Part shown: positions 20,775 through 30,604 of the stretch, one piece after another
How the letters are laid out: each line of letters begins with the position of its first letter
How positions within the stretch are numbered: the first letter of the stretch is position 1
IMG/VR virus record: IMGVR_UViG_3300028591_000150
Coordinates: 28,308 to 92,307 of that record
Direction: 5' to 3' (one strand)
DNA from: a virus
Taxonomy: Duplodnaviria > Caudoviricetes
Length of the DNA stretch: 64,000 nucleotides
Made by a program: the position numbers and the translations under genes
Notes under the pieces: model-generated
What the model saw: only the letters and a program-made list of their open reading frames with translations
What the model was told of the DNA's origin: nothing
The model's database searches: none

Positions 20775-20810
20775 ATGATGCGCACCAAACAAGTCGTTTG
20801 TGCGCATCAT
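20775..20810. terminator. hairpin terminator between convergent genes
   Basis: ATGATGCGCA..CAAAC/GTTTG..TGCGCATCAT inverted repeat followed by T-rich tract. Confidence 0.7.
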
Positions 20811-20825
20811 TTCGTTTATTCCTCA

Positions 20826-23549
20826 TTAAATGATATAGAAGTCTATCGTTACTTCGCCCAAATTCTTGTCAACGGCAAGTTGGTACTGCACTTTGTCAAT
20901 AAAGCCTGTCATGTCACCAATCCGCCATAACTGCCTCCAGTGATTCGGAATATCCGCCAGCTGCGCAACTGTTGTGGATGCCTTGATGCGCACTTTCTTG
21001 CGATGAAGCAGGAAGAAGCATAGCGCGGCCATAAAAGTGTCATACAGTCCGCGAGTACGAATTTTCGTTTCCACCTTGCCTGTAACCTGATTAACGACAT
21101 CCGGGTCACATGGCACAAGCCATGATGAATCGTCAACCCATTCTTTCGGTTCGGTCGATATCTTCAACTGGCCGTTAACGTACTTATAACGGAAGGGCTT
21201 GTAGGCGGCAATCTTCAATGAAAAACGCTCGCCTTCTCCGATGCCTGATGCCGTACCGTTATAATCGAACTCGTTGCCTATCTGGTCCATAGTGTCGCTC
21301 GTCAGAGCATATTCGCCACTGACAGTCCGCCACTTGTCATTGTTGAAGCCGTCGTAATCGTGGCTGTAATTCTGCACAGTCATATTTGTTCCACCACCGC
21401 GCATCATGGCGACAGACAGTCCCCAGTCAATCTCCTGCAATGGTGAGTTGCCGTCATCCGTATCGCAAGGGTCATAGCTTTCAACCAGATTCAGAAACTC
21501 CGTAAGATATAAATCCACCAAGTCGTTAGACAGCACGTTGTTTATCCTGTAATCCACAAACTCGTGCTTGAAATCCTCGTCAACGTATGCAACGAGCATC
21601 GGCTGGCCACCGGATTGTATATCTTTAAAGATATACGTGTTCCCCTGCGTGTCCGTAGCTGTACGCTCTTTGTTCAATCCCAGCACAGAAATGGTGTTTA
21701 CATCGTTGAAAGCCATCGGCTGAAAGTCGCTGATGTACTCGCGGATGGTGCCGCGCTTATCGGCTACTGCAGAGCAGTCGCCAAGTTCTACTCCGTGAAA
21801 CTGCCCAACCTCGAAAAGCCGTGCGTCGGCCATTGTCTCACCATTTACCTTGTATCTGTAGGCATCGCCTGTGGTCAGGTCAACGTAAACCTTGGCGTTT
21901 GTGGCGCTTGCTTGCTTGGCAATGTCAATAAAAGTCTCGTCAATTAAGACGCGCCCTTCAGGATATTCTTTGTAGTCGAAATCGGTATCGTAATCGCTCT
22001 TCTTCCTACGGATATACTGTTCTTGCTCCTTTGGGGTGTTCTCAGCAGAATACTTCATGCGGAAGCCCGTAATCTTTTCAGTGAGTTTATACACGCGATG
22101 CACTTTGCCGTTGAAATTGACGGTCTGCAGTCGTGTGCCGTCCGGCATGACCTGTCGGAACACATCGCGAAGCAGATATGCAGTTACCTTATTCTTTTCG
22201 TAGTCATAGTGGAAGCGGATGCCAAACGATGCTTCAAGCGAGTCGAGTATGCTCTTTACGCTCGAGTCTGGAAAGTTATCGCTGTTGGCCCACATCTTGC
22301 AGACGTTACAGGAGAAAATGACTTTTCCAAGAGTCGCTGTGACAGTGATGGTCTGCACATCGTTCTTTCCTACTTCAACGTGTTCCCAGTTACCGCTATT
22401 CTTCTTGTAGTTGAACTCCTGTATCTGCTTCGGCTCAGGGTCTTCAACGCCAAGTTTACCTCCGCAACCACGAGAGTTGAGCCATTTATTCGCATCTTCA
22501 ATGCTATAAAAAGAATGTTCCTCGTCGGTCATTGGTTCAACGTCATACTTACAGTGAGTGGTGAAGAAACACAAATGTTTGAAATCTTCCACTGCAAGTA
22601 GCGCACTCTTGTCGAAATCCACGCCAAGGTGAGCAAACAGGCAGTCCAGGAAATAAAGCACATAGAAGCAGATGCCAGACTGCGGTCTGTCTGCATCCAG
22701 AACCCAATAAGGATATTTGCCTTCATACACATCTTCCGTGTCCTTCCGCTTGATAACGTCATCGCTGCTGGTTCCGTCATCTTTGAGCCCCTTGTGCAGA
22801 TAGCATACACGTGCATTGCAATACTTGGCGCCTCCTGCACCCCAGTGTTCGCTATTCTCACCGTATGCGTCCGTCACATTGATAAAGGTGGAGTTGGCAT
22901 AATCATCCACCTCCCGAGGTATATTCACCGTCTGACCTTCAGGATAGGTCTTTATCGTTTTAAGAACCGCCTGTTGTTTGTCTCCGGTGACAGCACAAAT
23001 GCCAGGATATGAGAATCCGAGTGCCTGCGGCTCGAAATCTCCTTCAACAGTATCGTTGTCATAAGTATAGTTGCTCCACTCGTCCTTCTTTCCTGACTGG
23101 AAATGGATATCCACCTTATAACTGTACGATACCTGTACGTGGATGTTGCCAATCTTCTCGCCAATCTGAATGCGGTCTTTCATCGGTACATCCTGACACT
23201 GCAAATCGCCTATCAAATCATCAAACGACTGTTTAGATGCGTCAATGTTCAGGCTCATGCTTCCTGCAAGTTCTTCTTCCTCCTGCACAACTGTAATGCC
23301 TGAATGCAATGGCAACCCTTCGCCATATACAACAGCAGGAAGACCGTCCATAGTCATAGGACTGACATCGCTCTGTACGTTGTCAATATTCTTCATCAAG
23401 TGCCTGTTCTGCTCAAATGGTGGATTGAACGGCAGGGAAAACATCTCTGTATCGTTAAAAAGGGGGTTGGCCAGTTCGAAGTCAATGGTCTGATCGGGAC
23501 GTAAGGTCATCTCCTTTCCCGTTACTTTTATGGCGAGGTGGCTTTTCAT
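20826..23549 (-). CDS. putative tail/baseplate structural protein
   Basis: 907 aa; N-terminal ELANPLFND..FSLPF pattern; structural operon. Confidence 0.6.
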   Translation of the reverse strand: MKSHLAIKVTGKEMTLRPDQTIDFELANPLFNDTEMFSLPFNPPFEQNRHLMKNIDNVQSDVSPMTMDGLPAVVYGEGLPLHSGITVVQEEEELAGSMSLNIDASKQSFDDLIGDLQCQDVPMKDRIQIGEKIGNIHVQVSYSYKVDIHFQSGKKDEWSNYTYDNDTVEGDFEPQALGFSYPGICAVTGDKQQAVLKTIKTYPEGQTVNIPREVDDYANSTFINVTDAYGENSEHWGAGGAKYCNARVCYLHKGLKDDGTSSDDVIKRKDTEDVYEGKYPYWVLDADRPQSGICFYVLYFLDCLFAHLGVDFDKSALLAVEDFKHLCFFTTHCKYDVEPMTDEEHSFYSIEDANKWLNSRGCGGKLGVEDPEPKQIQEFNYKKNSGNWEHVEVGKNDVQTITVTATLGKVIFSCNVCKMWANSDNFPDSSVKSILDSLEASFGIRFHYDYEKNKVTAYLLRDVFRQVMPDGTRLQTVNFNGKVHRVYKLTEKITGFRMKYSAENTPKEQEQYIRRKKSDYDTDFDYKEYPEGRVLIDETFIDIAKQASATNAKVYVDLTTGDAYRYKVNGETMADARLFEVGQFHGVELGDCSAVADKRGTIREYISDFQPMAFNDVNTISVLGLNKERTATDTQGNTYIFKDIQSGGQPMLVAYVDEDFKHEFVDYRINNVLSNDLVDLYLTEFLNLVESYDPCDTDDGNSPLQEIDWGLSVAMMRGGGTNMTVQNYSHDYDGFNNDKWRTVSGEYALTSDTMDQIGNEFDYNGTASGIGEGERFSLKIAAYKPFRYKYVNGQLKISTEPKEWVDDSSWLVPCDPDVVNQVTGKVETKIRTRGLYDTFMAALCFFLLHRKKVRIKASTTVAQLADIPNHWRQLWRIGDMTGFIDKVQYQLAVDKNLGEVTIDFYII

Positions 23550-23578
23550 AGGACTACTGATTATGTGTTAGTATCATT

Positions 23579-24238
23579 TTATGCCTTATCGAATTGAGAG
23601 CCTGAAAGTGGATATAGTCTGCTCTGTCCACCCAATTCGATGCCTTTTGTAACATCACTGTAAACCTTCGTACCACCGTATGCTGCTATCCGACGATGGC
23701 CATGGTCGTACAGGGTACCGTTCGCTATCACCACCTCGGCTGCATTATAAGTATGACACTGCATGTCACCATCTGCGTGAGCAAAGTTATGTACAGACAC
23801 AATCGTATCACGACTTTCACAATGACAATAAGCGTGTCCTCGCAAGGTTATTTTCGAGCCAGGCGCACGACAATAAACCTGAGCATTGTCGGTGGCAGAT
23901 ACCTCGGCACTTGTAAAGATATAAGCCTTAGCAGTTCCAGAAACATTGACTAACTTGTCCGGATTGCTTATAATGACATATCCTTCATCTCGGTTCTCGT
24001 TGACATAGACGCCGCCATTGCGGAACTCTTCAATCATCGGTTGGCCAACAACAGACAACTGCTTGACCATAATGTCGGCATACCGCGAACGGTACACATC
24101 GTCCCAGTTTTCTTTCCACACCTGCATAATCTGCACGATGTTTTCCGTCTTCATCAGTGCTTCAAAACCATGCCTACAGGCATTTCGCTCGTGACAAGCC
24201 ACGCGGCATATCTCTTTGAGTTGTTCGAAGTTGTTCAT
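23579..24238 (-). CDS. hypothetical protein with beta-solenoid-like repeats
   Basis: 219-aa ORF with repeated A-x-V spacing. Confidence 0.65.
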   Translation of the reverse strand: MNNFEQLKEICRVACHERNACRHGFEALMKTENIVQIMQVWKENWDDVYRSRYADIMVKQLSVVGQPMIEEFRNGGVYVNENRDEGYVIISNPDKLVNVSGTAKAYIFTSAEVSATDNAQVYCRAPGSKITLRGHAYCHCESRDTIVSVHNFAHADGDMQCHTYNAAEVVIANGTLYDHGHRRIAAYGGTKVYSDVTKGIELGGQSRLYPLSGSQFDKA

Positions 24239-24248
24239 ACTATTATCA

Positions 24249-25094
24249 TTATTTCTTTTTGCTGATGCGTTCCATCTCTGCTGCTTTATCGGCCATGTTC
24301 TGCAGTTTCTGTAAAGTTACACTGTAAGTCTCGTCGCGCTGGTCTTTCTCGCTGGTCTTGTATTCGTCAGCAAGTGTTGCGGTTACATGGTTGTAGAAGT
24401 CCCAAGGGGATTCCTGACGCTGACCACGCTTCACGGGTCGTGCTTTGAAAACTTTTGGGAACTTTTGCGCAAGCTGCTGCATCAAAGCACTCCACCAGAA
24501 GAGAATGACCTGCCACTTGACAGGCGAAAAGTTCTCGAATGTATTTGGGTTTACGGGTGATCCGTCTGACGAGCGAAACAGGACAGCAAGGAACTGGCGT
24601 TGTGCTTCGCCTGCATCAAGTCTTGCATTGTTGTTACGAACGTATATCTGCATCCAGTCACTGAGCAGGCGGTAATCGTTCCATGAATAGCCGTCAAGCA
24701 ATGGCGATGCGCCTTGCAAAGTGACGTTGCCGATAATCAGCTTCGGATAAGGAAAGTTGAACAGTGGGCGGGCTTTTTCGTCAGTAAGCCATGAAAGTTG
24801 TTTGCACAGAGAGACAAGTTGCCCCACGTTAATAGGCCAAGCCTCTTCGTCCTGCGTGCGTTTTACTAGCCACTCTTGTCCGTCTCTCACTTCTTCATTT
24901 TGAGATGGCACTATGGAGATGCCATTAACGGCAAGGACGATTTTCAACTTTACCTTGTCCCAATCAAACTGGTGATAACGTCCAACAAGCAGTTGCTCGC
25001 TGATGATTTCTGCAGCAATGTACTCCAGTTCATCAGTTGTGCAGCGGTTCCAGGCATTTGGAAGGTGCAGATGTATATGTCGTTGTTCGTTCAT
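24249..25094 (-). CDS. hypothetical protein, first gene of structural operon
   Basis: 281-aa ORF downstream of late-type promoter. Confidence 0.65.
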   Translation of the reverse strand: MNEQRHIHLHLPNAWNRCTTDELEYIAAEIISEQLLVGRYHQFDWDKVKLKIVLAVNGISIVPSQNEEVRDGQEWLVKRTQDEEAWPINVGQLVSLCKQLSWLTDEKARPLFNFPYPKLIIGNVTLQGASPLLDGYSWNDYRLLSDWMQIYVRNNNARLDAGEAQRQFLAVLFRSSDGSPVNPNTFENFSPVKWQVILFWWSALMQQLAQKFPKVFKARPVKRGQRQESPWDFYNHVTATLADEYKTSEKDQRDETYSVTLQKLQNMADKAAEMERISKKK

Positions 25095-25134
25095 CGTTTC
25101 TTTATTCCGTCAACTCTCACTTGTTTTACAGACG

Positions 25135-25170
25135 CAAAGTTAAAAAAAGCCCGCCCAAGTGGACGGACAT
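25135..25170 (-). promoter_or_regulatory. putative phage late promoter ATGTCCG-N21-TAACTTTG
   Basis: Identical spacing to the 20242 and 53757 copies. Confidence 0.75.
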
Positions 25171-25240
25171 TGCCTTCTTCACACACATTCTTGATATGTA
25201 AAGACGGCTTTTTCATTTTTGTGCTTAATGCAGTCTTCTT

Positions 25241-26479
25241 TTAGTTTACTTGCATTGGCATTTGAAGTATCAGGCGACTGCTGTGAGCATCATCAGGGCG
25301 ATATAGCACGGGGCGTCTTGGCTCACTGAGGAACAACACCACGCTCTCAGTCTGTATGCGGTCCAGTATGCCGACTGCTGTGCTAATTTTCAAGCCGATT
25401 GCGAAGCCTTCTGGCAGGAAAGCATCTTGGTCTGTTATCGCTACGCGCTCCTGACCGCTGCGACCATTATCCATATTTGCTGCACATACAATGAAGGCAT
25501 CACCATCGCGCCGCAATTCTACCATATTTGTCTGCTCGTTAGCTGACAGCTGAACGCGGCGCAATGCCATCCGAAATGATTCGCGGTCTGCTGACACACG
25601 GTACTGGCTGTCATTCGGAATGACACTATCGTAGTTTGGATAGTTGCCCTCGATGAGTCTTGCAACAATGCGAGCGCCCTTTGTGCAGAACTCACATCGC
25701 TGTCTGTCTGCAGTAACTGTAATCTGTCCGTCGCTTACGACTGATGACAACGCTTTACGAGCCTTCTTTGTGATTAGCAGTTTCGCAGAACCTGGCTGTT
25801 GTGTTTTGGGATCGAAAGCAGGAAACGTCGCATAATCAAGCCATCCGCTGCCGACGCCAGTCTCTATGACATCCTTGAACAACTCGCGGCCGTTTGTTCC
25901 AACAACAATCAACTTGTCATTATACACATCCAGACAAACACCGTTCAATACCATCCTGAGTTCATCATCTGCACTACTTTCTATGGCTGCGGCCATAAGT
26001 GGCAGTAGTTTGGAGGCATCGAGTGTGAATCGGCATAATGCACCTTCCTTGTCTTTTTCAGCGACAGGCAAAGGCAAAGGGAATGTATCACAGTCTTCCC
26101 AACCCATCTCGAACTCACCGATTCCATAGTTTACCTTCATCAAGTGGTCCGTGGTGAACCATACCTGCAACAGCTGTGCGCTTGGCAGTAGGCTTACAGC
26201 CTCTTTTAGCGCAGAAAAAGAAATGGCCACCTCTTTGAACTTGTCCTTCTGGTCGTCTTCAATCATGCGCATCCATTGCTGTCCGTCACTGTCCACGCAG
26301 TCGAGTGTAATCCATGTCTCGCTGTCCGATGCGGTCATAGTAAACACATCTCGACCTTCGTCATACTTCAACACTACACTTCCCAAAATAGGCAGAGCAT
26401 TCTTGGCGTTAATAACAGGAGCAATTTGTGCGAGCGCTTTTCTCCAATAGTTCACGTCAACCGTTAATTTTGTCTTCAT
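25241..26479 (-). CDS. dnaN: DNA polymerase III beta sliding clamp (phage-encoded)
   Basis: KNALPIL, ASDSE, LRMVLNGV, VGTNGREL, RLIEGNYPNY, C-terminal MPM motifs. Confidence 0.9.
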   Translation of the reverse strand: MKTKLTVDVNYWRKALAQIAPVINAKNALPILGSVVLKYDEGRDVFTMTASDSETWITLDCVDSDGQQWMRMIEDDQKDKFKEVAISFSALKEAVSLLPSAQLLQVWFTTDHLMKVNYGIGEFEMGWEDCDTFPLPLPVAEKDKEGALCRFTLDASKLLPLMAAAIESSADDELRMVLNGVCLDVYNDKLIVVGTNGRELFKDVIETGVGSGWLDYATFPAFDPKTQQPGSAKLLITKKARKALSSVVSDGQITVTADRQRCEFCTKGARIVARLIEGNYPNYDSVIPNDSQYRVSADRESFRMALRRVQLSANEQTNMVELRRDGDAFIVCAANMDNGRSGQERVAITDQDAFLPEGFAIGLKISTAVGILDRIQTESVVLFLSEPRRPVLYRPDDAHSSRLILQMPMQVN

Positions 26480-26495
26480 TTTTTAAACTTGATAT

Positions 26496-26738
26496 TTATG
26501 AAATTTTCTTTTCTATAATCTCGTAAATGTCACCTACTGTTTTAATAGCAACGGTTTCCTCGTCGGTGATTTTGATTTGAAACTCGCTTTCGCACTGCAT
26601 CAGTATCTCCATACAGTCAAGCGAATCTGCACCGATATCTCCATCCAATGCTGCATTTTCCTTTAGCATTTTGACATCAACGCCGAGGATGTTTACAATA
26701 ATCTCGTTTACTTTCTCAATAATTTCTTGTCTGTTCAT
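26496..26738 (-). CDS. acpP: acyl carrier protein
   Basis: 80 aa, acidic, DIGADSLD phosphopantetheine site, EFQIKITDEE..IKTVGD. Confidence 0.9.
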   Translation of the reverse strand: MNRQEIIEKVNEIIVNILGVDVKMLKENAALDGDIGADSLDCMEILMQCESEFQIKITDEETVAIKTVGDIYEIIEKKIS

Positions 26739-26795
26739 AATTGTGATGATTTAATTGTGAAACAATGTTTATTAAATGTAATTTGATGATGATTT

Positions 26796-26987
26796 TTACC
26801 ACCTACGTGGACCGAAGTAGCAGTGACGGCAACGATTGCAATTCCTCTTCTCTGACTTGATACTACATTCGTAGCCGTAGGCACAATCTGATCCGAATCC
26901 TTTGCGGTCGGTCTTACGACAATACTTACAATCCTTGATGATGTCGCTCTTGTCTCTTTGGATGTAGATTCCGAGATGGTGGTCCAT
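26796..26987 (-). CDS. small Cys-rich protein
   Basis: 63 aa with CxxC pairs. Confidence 0.5.
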   Translation of the reverse strand: MDHHLGIYIQRDKSDIIKDCKYCRKTDRKGFGSDCAYGYECSIKSEKRNCNRCRHCYFGPRRW

Positions 26988-27030
26988 ATATCAACTTGTC
27001 CTCCTTTATTTGTTAGATGTCACTGAATCT

Positions 27031-27693
27031 TCAATTATTATTCTGACTCGTCGATGGCTGGCTTGTTCCTCTCATATCTTTTCCTTTGAACTCCACGATC
27101 TTGACGATTGAGCGGAGGCGGCTGAGCACTAAGTCGCCGTAGCGGTCCTCGATGCTAGGGATGATGTTACCCTGCTTGTCAACCCCATGAGTGGTTCGCA
27201 GGTTGGCGGTCATCATCAGCAGTATGCCTCGCTTCTCCGCTGCATCGCACAGTTTCAGAAAAGGGGTCGAGCGTTCGCCGAAGTCGAACTTCACAGCAGG
27301 CTCAGTCCCAATGTCATCCACAACTACAAGATTGCGCTTCACAATATCTTGTATGCGGTCGTTCATCTCTTGTGCAGAGTAACTGCTGACAATACGCTGA
27401 TACTTCATGTGAATAAGGACTGGTAGAATGTTCTGTACTATAAGTGTTTTACCCAATCCGCACGGACCGAGACAAAGCAAACCTCGACCACGGTTGTCTG
27501 AGAGCCACGCCGCCACCTGGTCGTAACACGGCAACCACTTCGCGTCATCACCAAGGTAGTAGCGCAGCCCAGAAGACAACAATTCACGAGCCTGCGGAAT
27601 CTGCATATGTAGGCACTTCGGATATGGATTAAAGCCAGAGTCTCGCATCAACTCCACACTTTTACTAAATATGTCTATTTGCTTCTGTTCCAT
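27031..27693 (-). CDS. DnaC/IstB-like ATPase (helicase loader)
   Basis: GPCGLGKT Walker A, VVDDIGTE Walker B, DRYG..SRL, GKDMR. Confidence 0.8.
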   Translation of the reverse strand: MEQKQIDIFSKSVELMRDSGFNPYPKCLHMQIPQARELLSSGLRYYLGDDAKWLPCYDQVAAWLSDNRGRGLLCLGPCGLGKTLIVQNILPVLIHMKYQRIVSSYSAQEMNDRIQDIVKRNLVVVDDIGTEPAVKFDFGERSTPFLKLCDAAEKRGILLMMTANLRTTHGVDKQGNIIPSIEDRYGDLVLSRLRSIVKIVEFKGKDMRGTSQPSTSQNNN

Positions 27694-27704
27694 GACTTAC
27701 GGTT

Positions 27705-28479
27705 TTAAAATAGAGTTAATTGTTGTTGTTCTAATTTAATTCTCTTGCAGGCTTTGTCGAAGTATTCCTTGTTCAGCTCGAAGCCTATGAAGTGGCGATG
27801 CTCCCTGATACAGGCGATTGCGGTTGTGCCAGAGCCTATTGTAGCGTCCAAAATTACCCCCCATGTTGCTGTATGTAAGAACCAGGTAGCGGAGCAAATC
27901 GACTGGCTTCTCTGTCGGATGGTACGATTTTCCGTTTATGTGCTCCTTGGCGAAGTTAATAATGCTTGACGGATATTTCTCGTCGCTGATAATTGTCGGT
28001 GTCTCAACAAACTTTCCATAGCAACGGTTCTGTGTTGGCTTTGCCATATTGCCTTTTGAATGGTTGCGCTTATGTGGCGGTACTTTAACCATCTGCGGAT
28101 TGTACGTTGGCAATTCCTTGTAGAACACAGCAATGTCCTCATGCTGACGGAGTGGCATACGATTAGCATTAAGAAATCCGCTTTTGAGCGACTTGTCCCA
28201 TATCAGATTGTACCTCCACATCTTCGGCTGCGACATCATCAGCTTTGCCGTAAACATACCCTGGCAGAACAGAACGATAGCCGAATTTGGTTTGGTCACT
28301 CGCTTAAACTGCTCCCACATTGGCTCAAGTGGTATTATACTATCCCAAGAACCGCCTTCGCTCTCTGCATTTAGCACTCCATAAGGAAGATCTGTAATGA
28401 TGCAGTCTATGCTGTTGTTATCAATACGCTTCATGCCTTCAAGACAATCCTCATTATATATTCTGTCTATTTCAATCAT
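27705..28479 (-). pseudogene. N6/N4 DNA methyltransferase (MTase2), frameshifted in a G6 tract
   Basis: TDLPYG and HPTEKP in the first frame; after the G tract at 27857-27862 another frame reads VILDATIGSGTTAIAC..GFELNKEYF..QLTLF* ending at 27705. Confidence 0.85.
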
Positions 28480-28491
28480 AGTGAAATAATA

Positions 28492-29754
28492 TTACCATGT
28501 TTCCTGGCCGGCAAAGTTATCTTCATCAACATGCTTTGGAATCTCTTCTGAACGTCGTGGTTGAGACCGATGTACTTTCGGCTGAGATACGGCAATTTCG
28601 TTCTCGCTGATAATCTCATCCTCCCATGAGCGGTGACGCAGGAATGTAGTCGGGTCCTTACGGAAACGTTTTGTGGGCTGGGCTCTCTTATATAATGGAA
28701 TATAGGCCATAATAGCTTCCCTGTCTGACTGTTTCAACGCATTCCACAACTTTTCGCTTGCCACACGGTCGCGTTTCTTGTCGTAAGCATCCCAGAACTC
28801 GTCAAACGTAAGTGAAGTTTCTGTGGGGCTTTTTGGGGGCATTGCGGGGCTGTCATCGCGTTTTTCCCCCTCTGGTGGTATAGATGTACCCTCGCGGGAT
28901 TTTTTTTGCTCTAAACCGCCTTTCTCGACCTTGACAGATTTTTTCGGGTTATTGTTTTGCGTTTTTGAATCGTCGGCCTCGTTTTTCCCCATACCCCTTT
29001 TCCTTATACTTTCATTATTTGTTTTATTTATATTATTATCTCTAACTCCAACTCTCTTTGATTGGGCGTGCGCGTCACCTGCGCCTGCGCGAGGATTTTT
29101 TATATCTTTTTTGCCATCTTTTTCTGCACTAAAATCATCACTTTTTTGCATTCTTACGCGCTCTGCATCTTGGTCGCTTGTGGCATCGTCCGGTGAACCT
29201 ACTACGGTCACACCATCGTCTGTCAAAAGGCGCGGATTGCCCTCTTCGTCGGTCAACTCAAAGCCGTTGTCCAGATACATTCGAGGCTGTATCATCGTGT
29301 CTCCCTCAATGATAATCATACCTCTTAAATATAGTTCCTGCAGACCATGTATTAAACCAGGTCTAGGACCACTTGCGCCACTCACTGCTATGGCTTCTGC
29401 AAAATACACAATAGACTGATATTCACCCACTTTTGCTTTCTTCTGACATTGGAGGCAGCGGAATGTAAGCGAGCGTTCGTTCTTTGGTCGAAGATCGAAA
29501 TCCCGCAGACATATTGACCCTGGATTGGGCTGCAATGCCAGCACGTTCAACAAGTCACAGTACACGCCCTTGGCATTCCAAGAGCAACGTCTGTAGCGTT
29601 GCGACGAGAGCAAGTCTCGCGAGAACATATAGAAGCCTTTTCTCGTCGAGTTCTTGGTAGAGACTCTGCCGTTTTTCTTATTTGTTTTCATACACAAAAC
29701 CCTATTAAAATACCCCGTCATTTTGCTCGCAATTTGCAAAGCATTTTGCAACAC
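28492..29754 (-). CDS. phage replication initiator (start uncertain)
   Basis: N-terminal wHTH-like AKGVYCDLL, Lys-rich linker, C-terminal FDEFWDAYDKK..KDPTTFL..WEDE domain; upstream of loader. Confidence 0.7.
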   Translation of the reverse strand: MLQNALQIASKMTGYFNRVLCMKTNKKNGRVSTKNSTRKGFYMFSRDLLSSQRYRRCSWNAKGVYCDLLNVLALQPNPGSICLRDFDLRPKNERSLTFRCLQCQKKAKVGEYQSIVYFAEAIAVSGASGPRPGLIHGLQELYLRGMIIIEGDTMIQPRMYLDNGFELTDEEGNPRLLTDDGVTVVGSPDDATSDQDAERVRMQKSDDFSAEKDGKKDIKNPRAGAGDAHAQSKRVGVRDNNINKTNNESIRKRGMGKNEADDSKTQNNNPKKSVKVEKGGLEQKKSREGTSIPPEGEKRDDSPAMPPKSPTETSLTFDEFWDAYDKKRDRVASEKLWNALKQSDREAIMAYIPLYKRAQPTKRFRKDPTTFLRHRSWEDEIISENEIAVSQPKVHRSQPRRSEEIPKHVDEDNFAGQETW

Positions 29755-29921
29755 AAATTGCTAACAAATTGCACGGCAAATTGTACGGCATTTGTTGTAC
29801 AAATTGTGAAGCAAAACAGCGCACGTTCTGCACAAAACAAGCACGATTTTGCATTGTATTTTGTATAACGAGGGATAAAAGGATGTTTTTTATTATCATA
29901 TCGCCATCATTTGTTATATGC

Positions 29922-30140
29922 TCAACGTTCTGCTGACATTTCTCCATTATTGTATGCCCAGCGTTTTGCCTTCGGCCACATGTGAGGCTCGTGAATTAAG
30001 GCATACGTTTCCTTGGTGAGCATAACGGACCATATCATCTTGTCGTCGGTTAGAAACACATCCACACGCCGTTTTCCACTCCTACCAAAATTAGGAGATT
30101 CCGTGATGGGATGCCATTCAAGTTCTTTCCAGTTAATCAT
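29922..30140 (-). CDS. hypothetical protein
   Basis: 72-aa ORF in operon. Confidence 0.5.
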   Translation of the reverse strand: MINWKELEWHPITESPNFGRSGKRRVDVFLTDDKMIWSVMLTKETYALIHEPHMWPKAKRWAYNNGEMSAER

Positions 30141-30221
30141 GTTATATCGCCTAATAAAAAGTTATTCGCCATTTGTATCTGTCGCAAATGTATGAATTTT
30201 GTATTTTATCGAGTGGACAAA

Positions 30222-30569
30222 CTAAGCGTTAAGGAACTTCTCGAAATTGTCGAAATATGTCACTGTATAGTGTGTTTCCTTCTGTAACATGTGTATTATC
30301 ATATTCGCCAATTCTTTCTCGGATAGAATGTCAGTATCAGCTTTCGTTCTGACAAAAACGCTTCTCTGGCATTTCCCATTTGTGATGTTGTGTAGTAATG
30401 AGTCCGTCGTTATTTGACAGTCCCCACAGAATTGCGTTAATCTGTCGAACAAATTACCTATGACTTGTTTTGTTGCTCCATGAAAGGCGAAACACAGTTG
30501 TCCGTCGCGCCATTCCTTTGCAAAAGAAATAGTCTGGTGTATTGACAGAAGTTTTCTATTATTTTGCAT
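30222..30569 (-). CDS. hypothetical protein
   Basis: ATG at 30569 avoids overlap with upstream gene. Confidence 0.55.
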   Translation of the reverse strand: MQNNRKLLSIHQTISFAKEWRDGQLCFAFHGATKQVIGNLFDRLTQFCGDCQITTDSLLHNITNGKCQRSVFVRTKADTDILSEKELANMIIHMLQKETHYTVTYFDNFEKFLNA

Positions 30570-30604
30570 ATCTATCTGTTTAATCGAAGTCGGATTCTTC
30601 GGTG

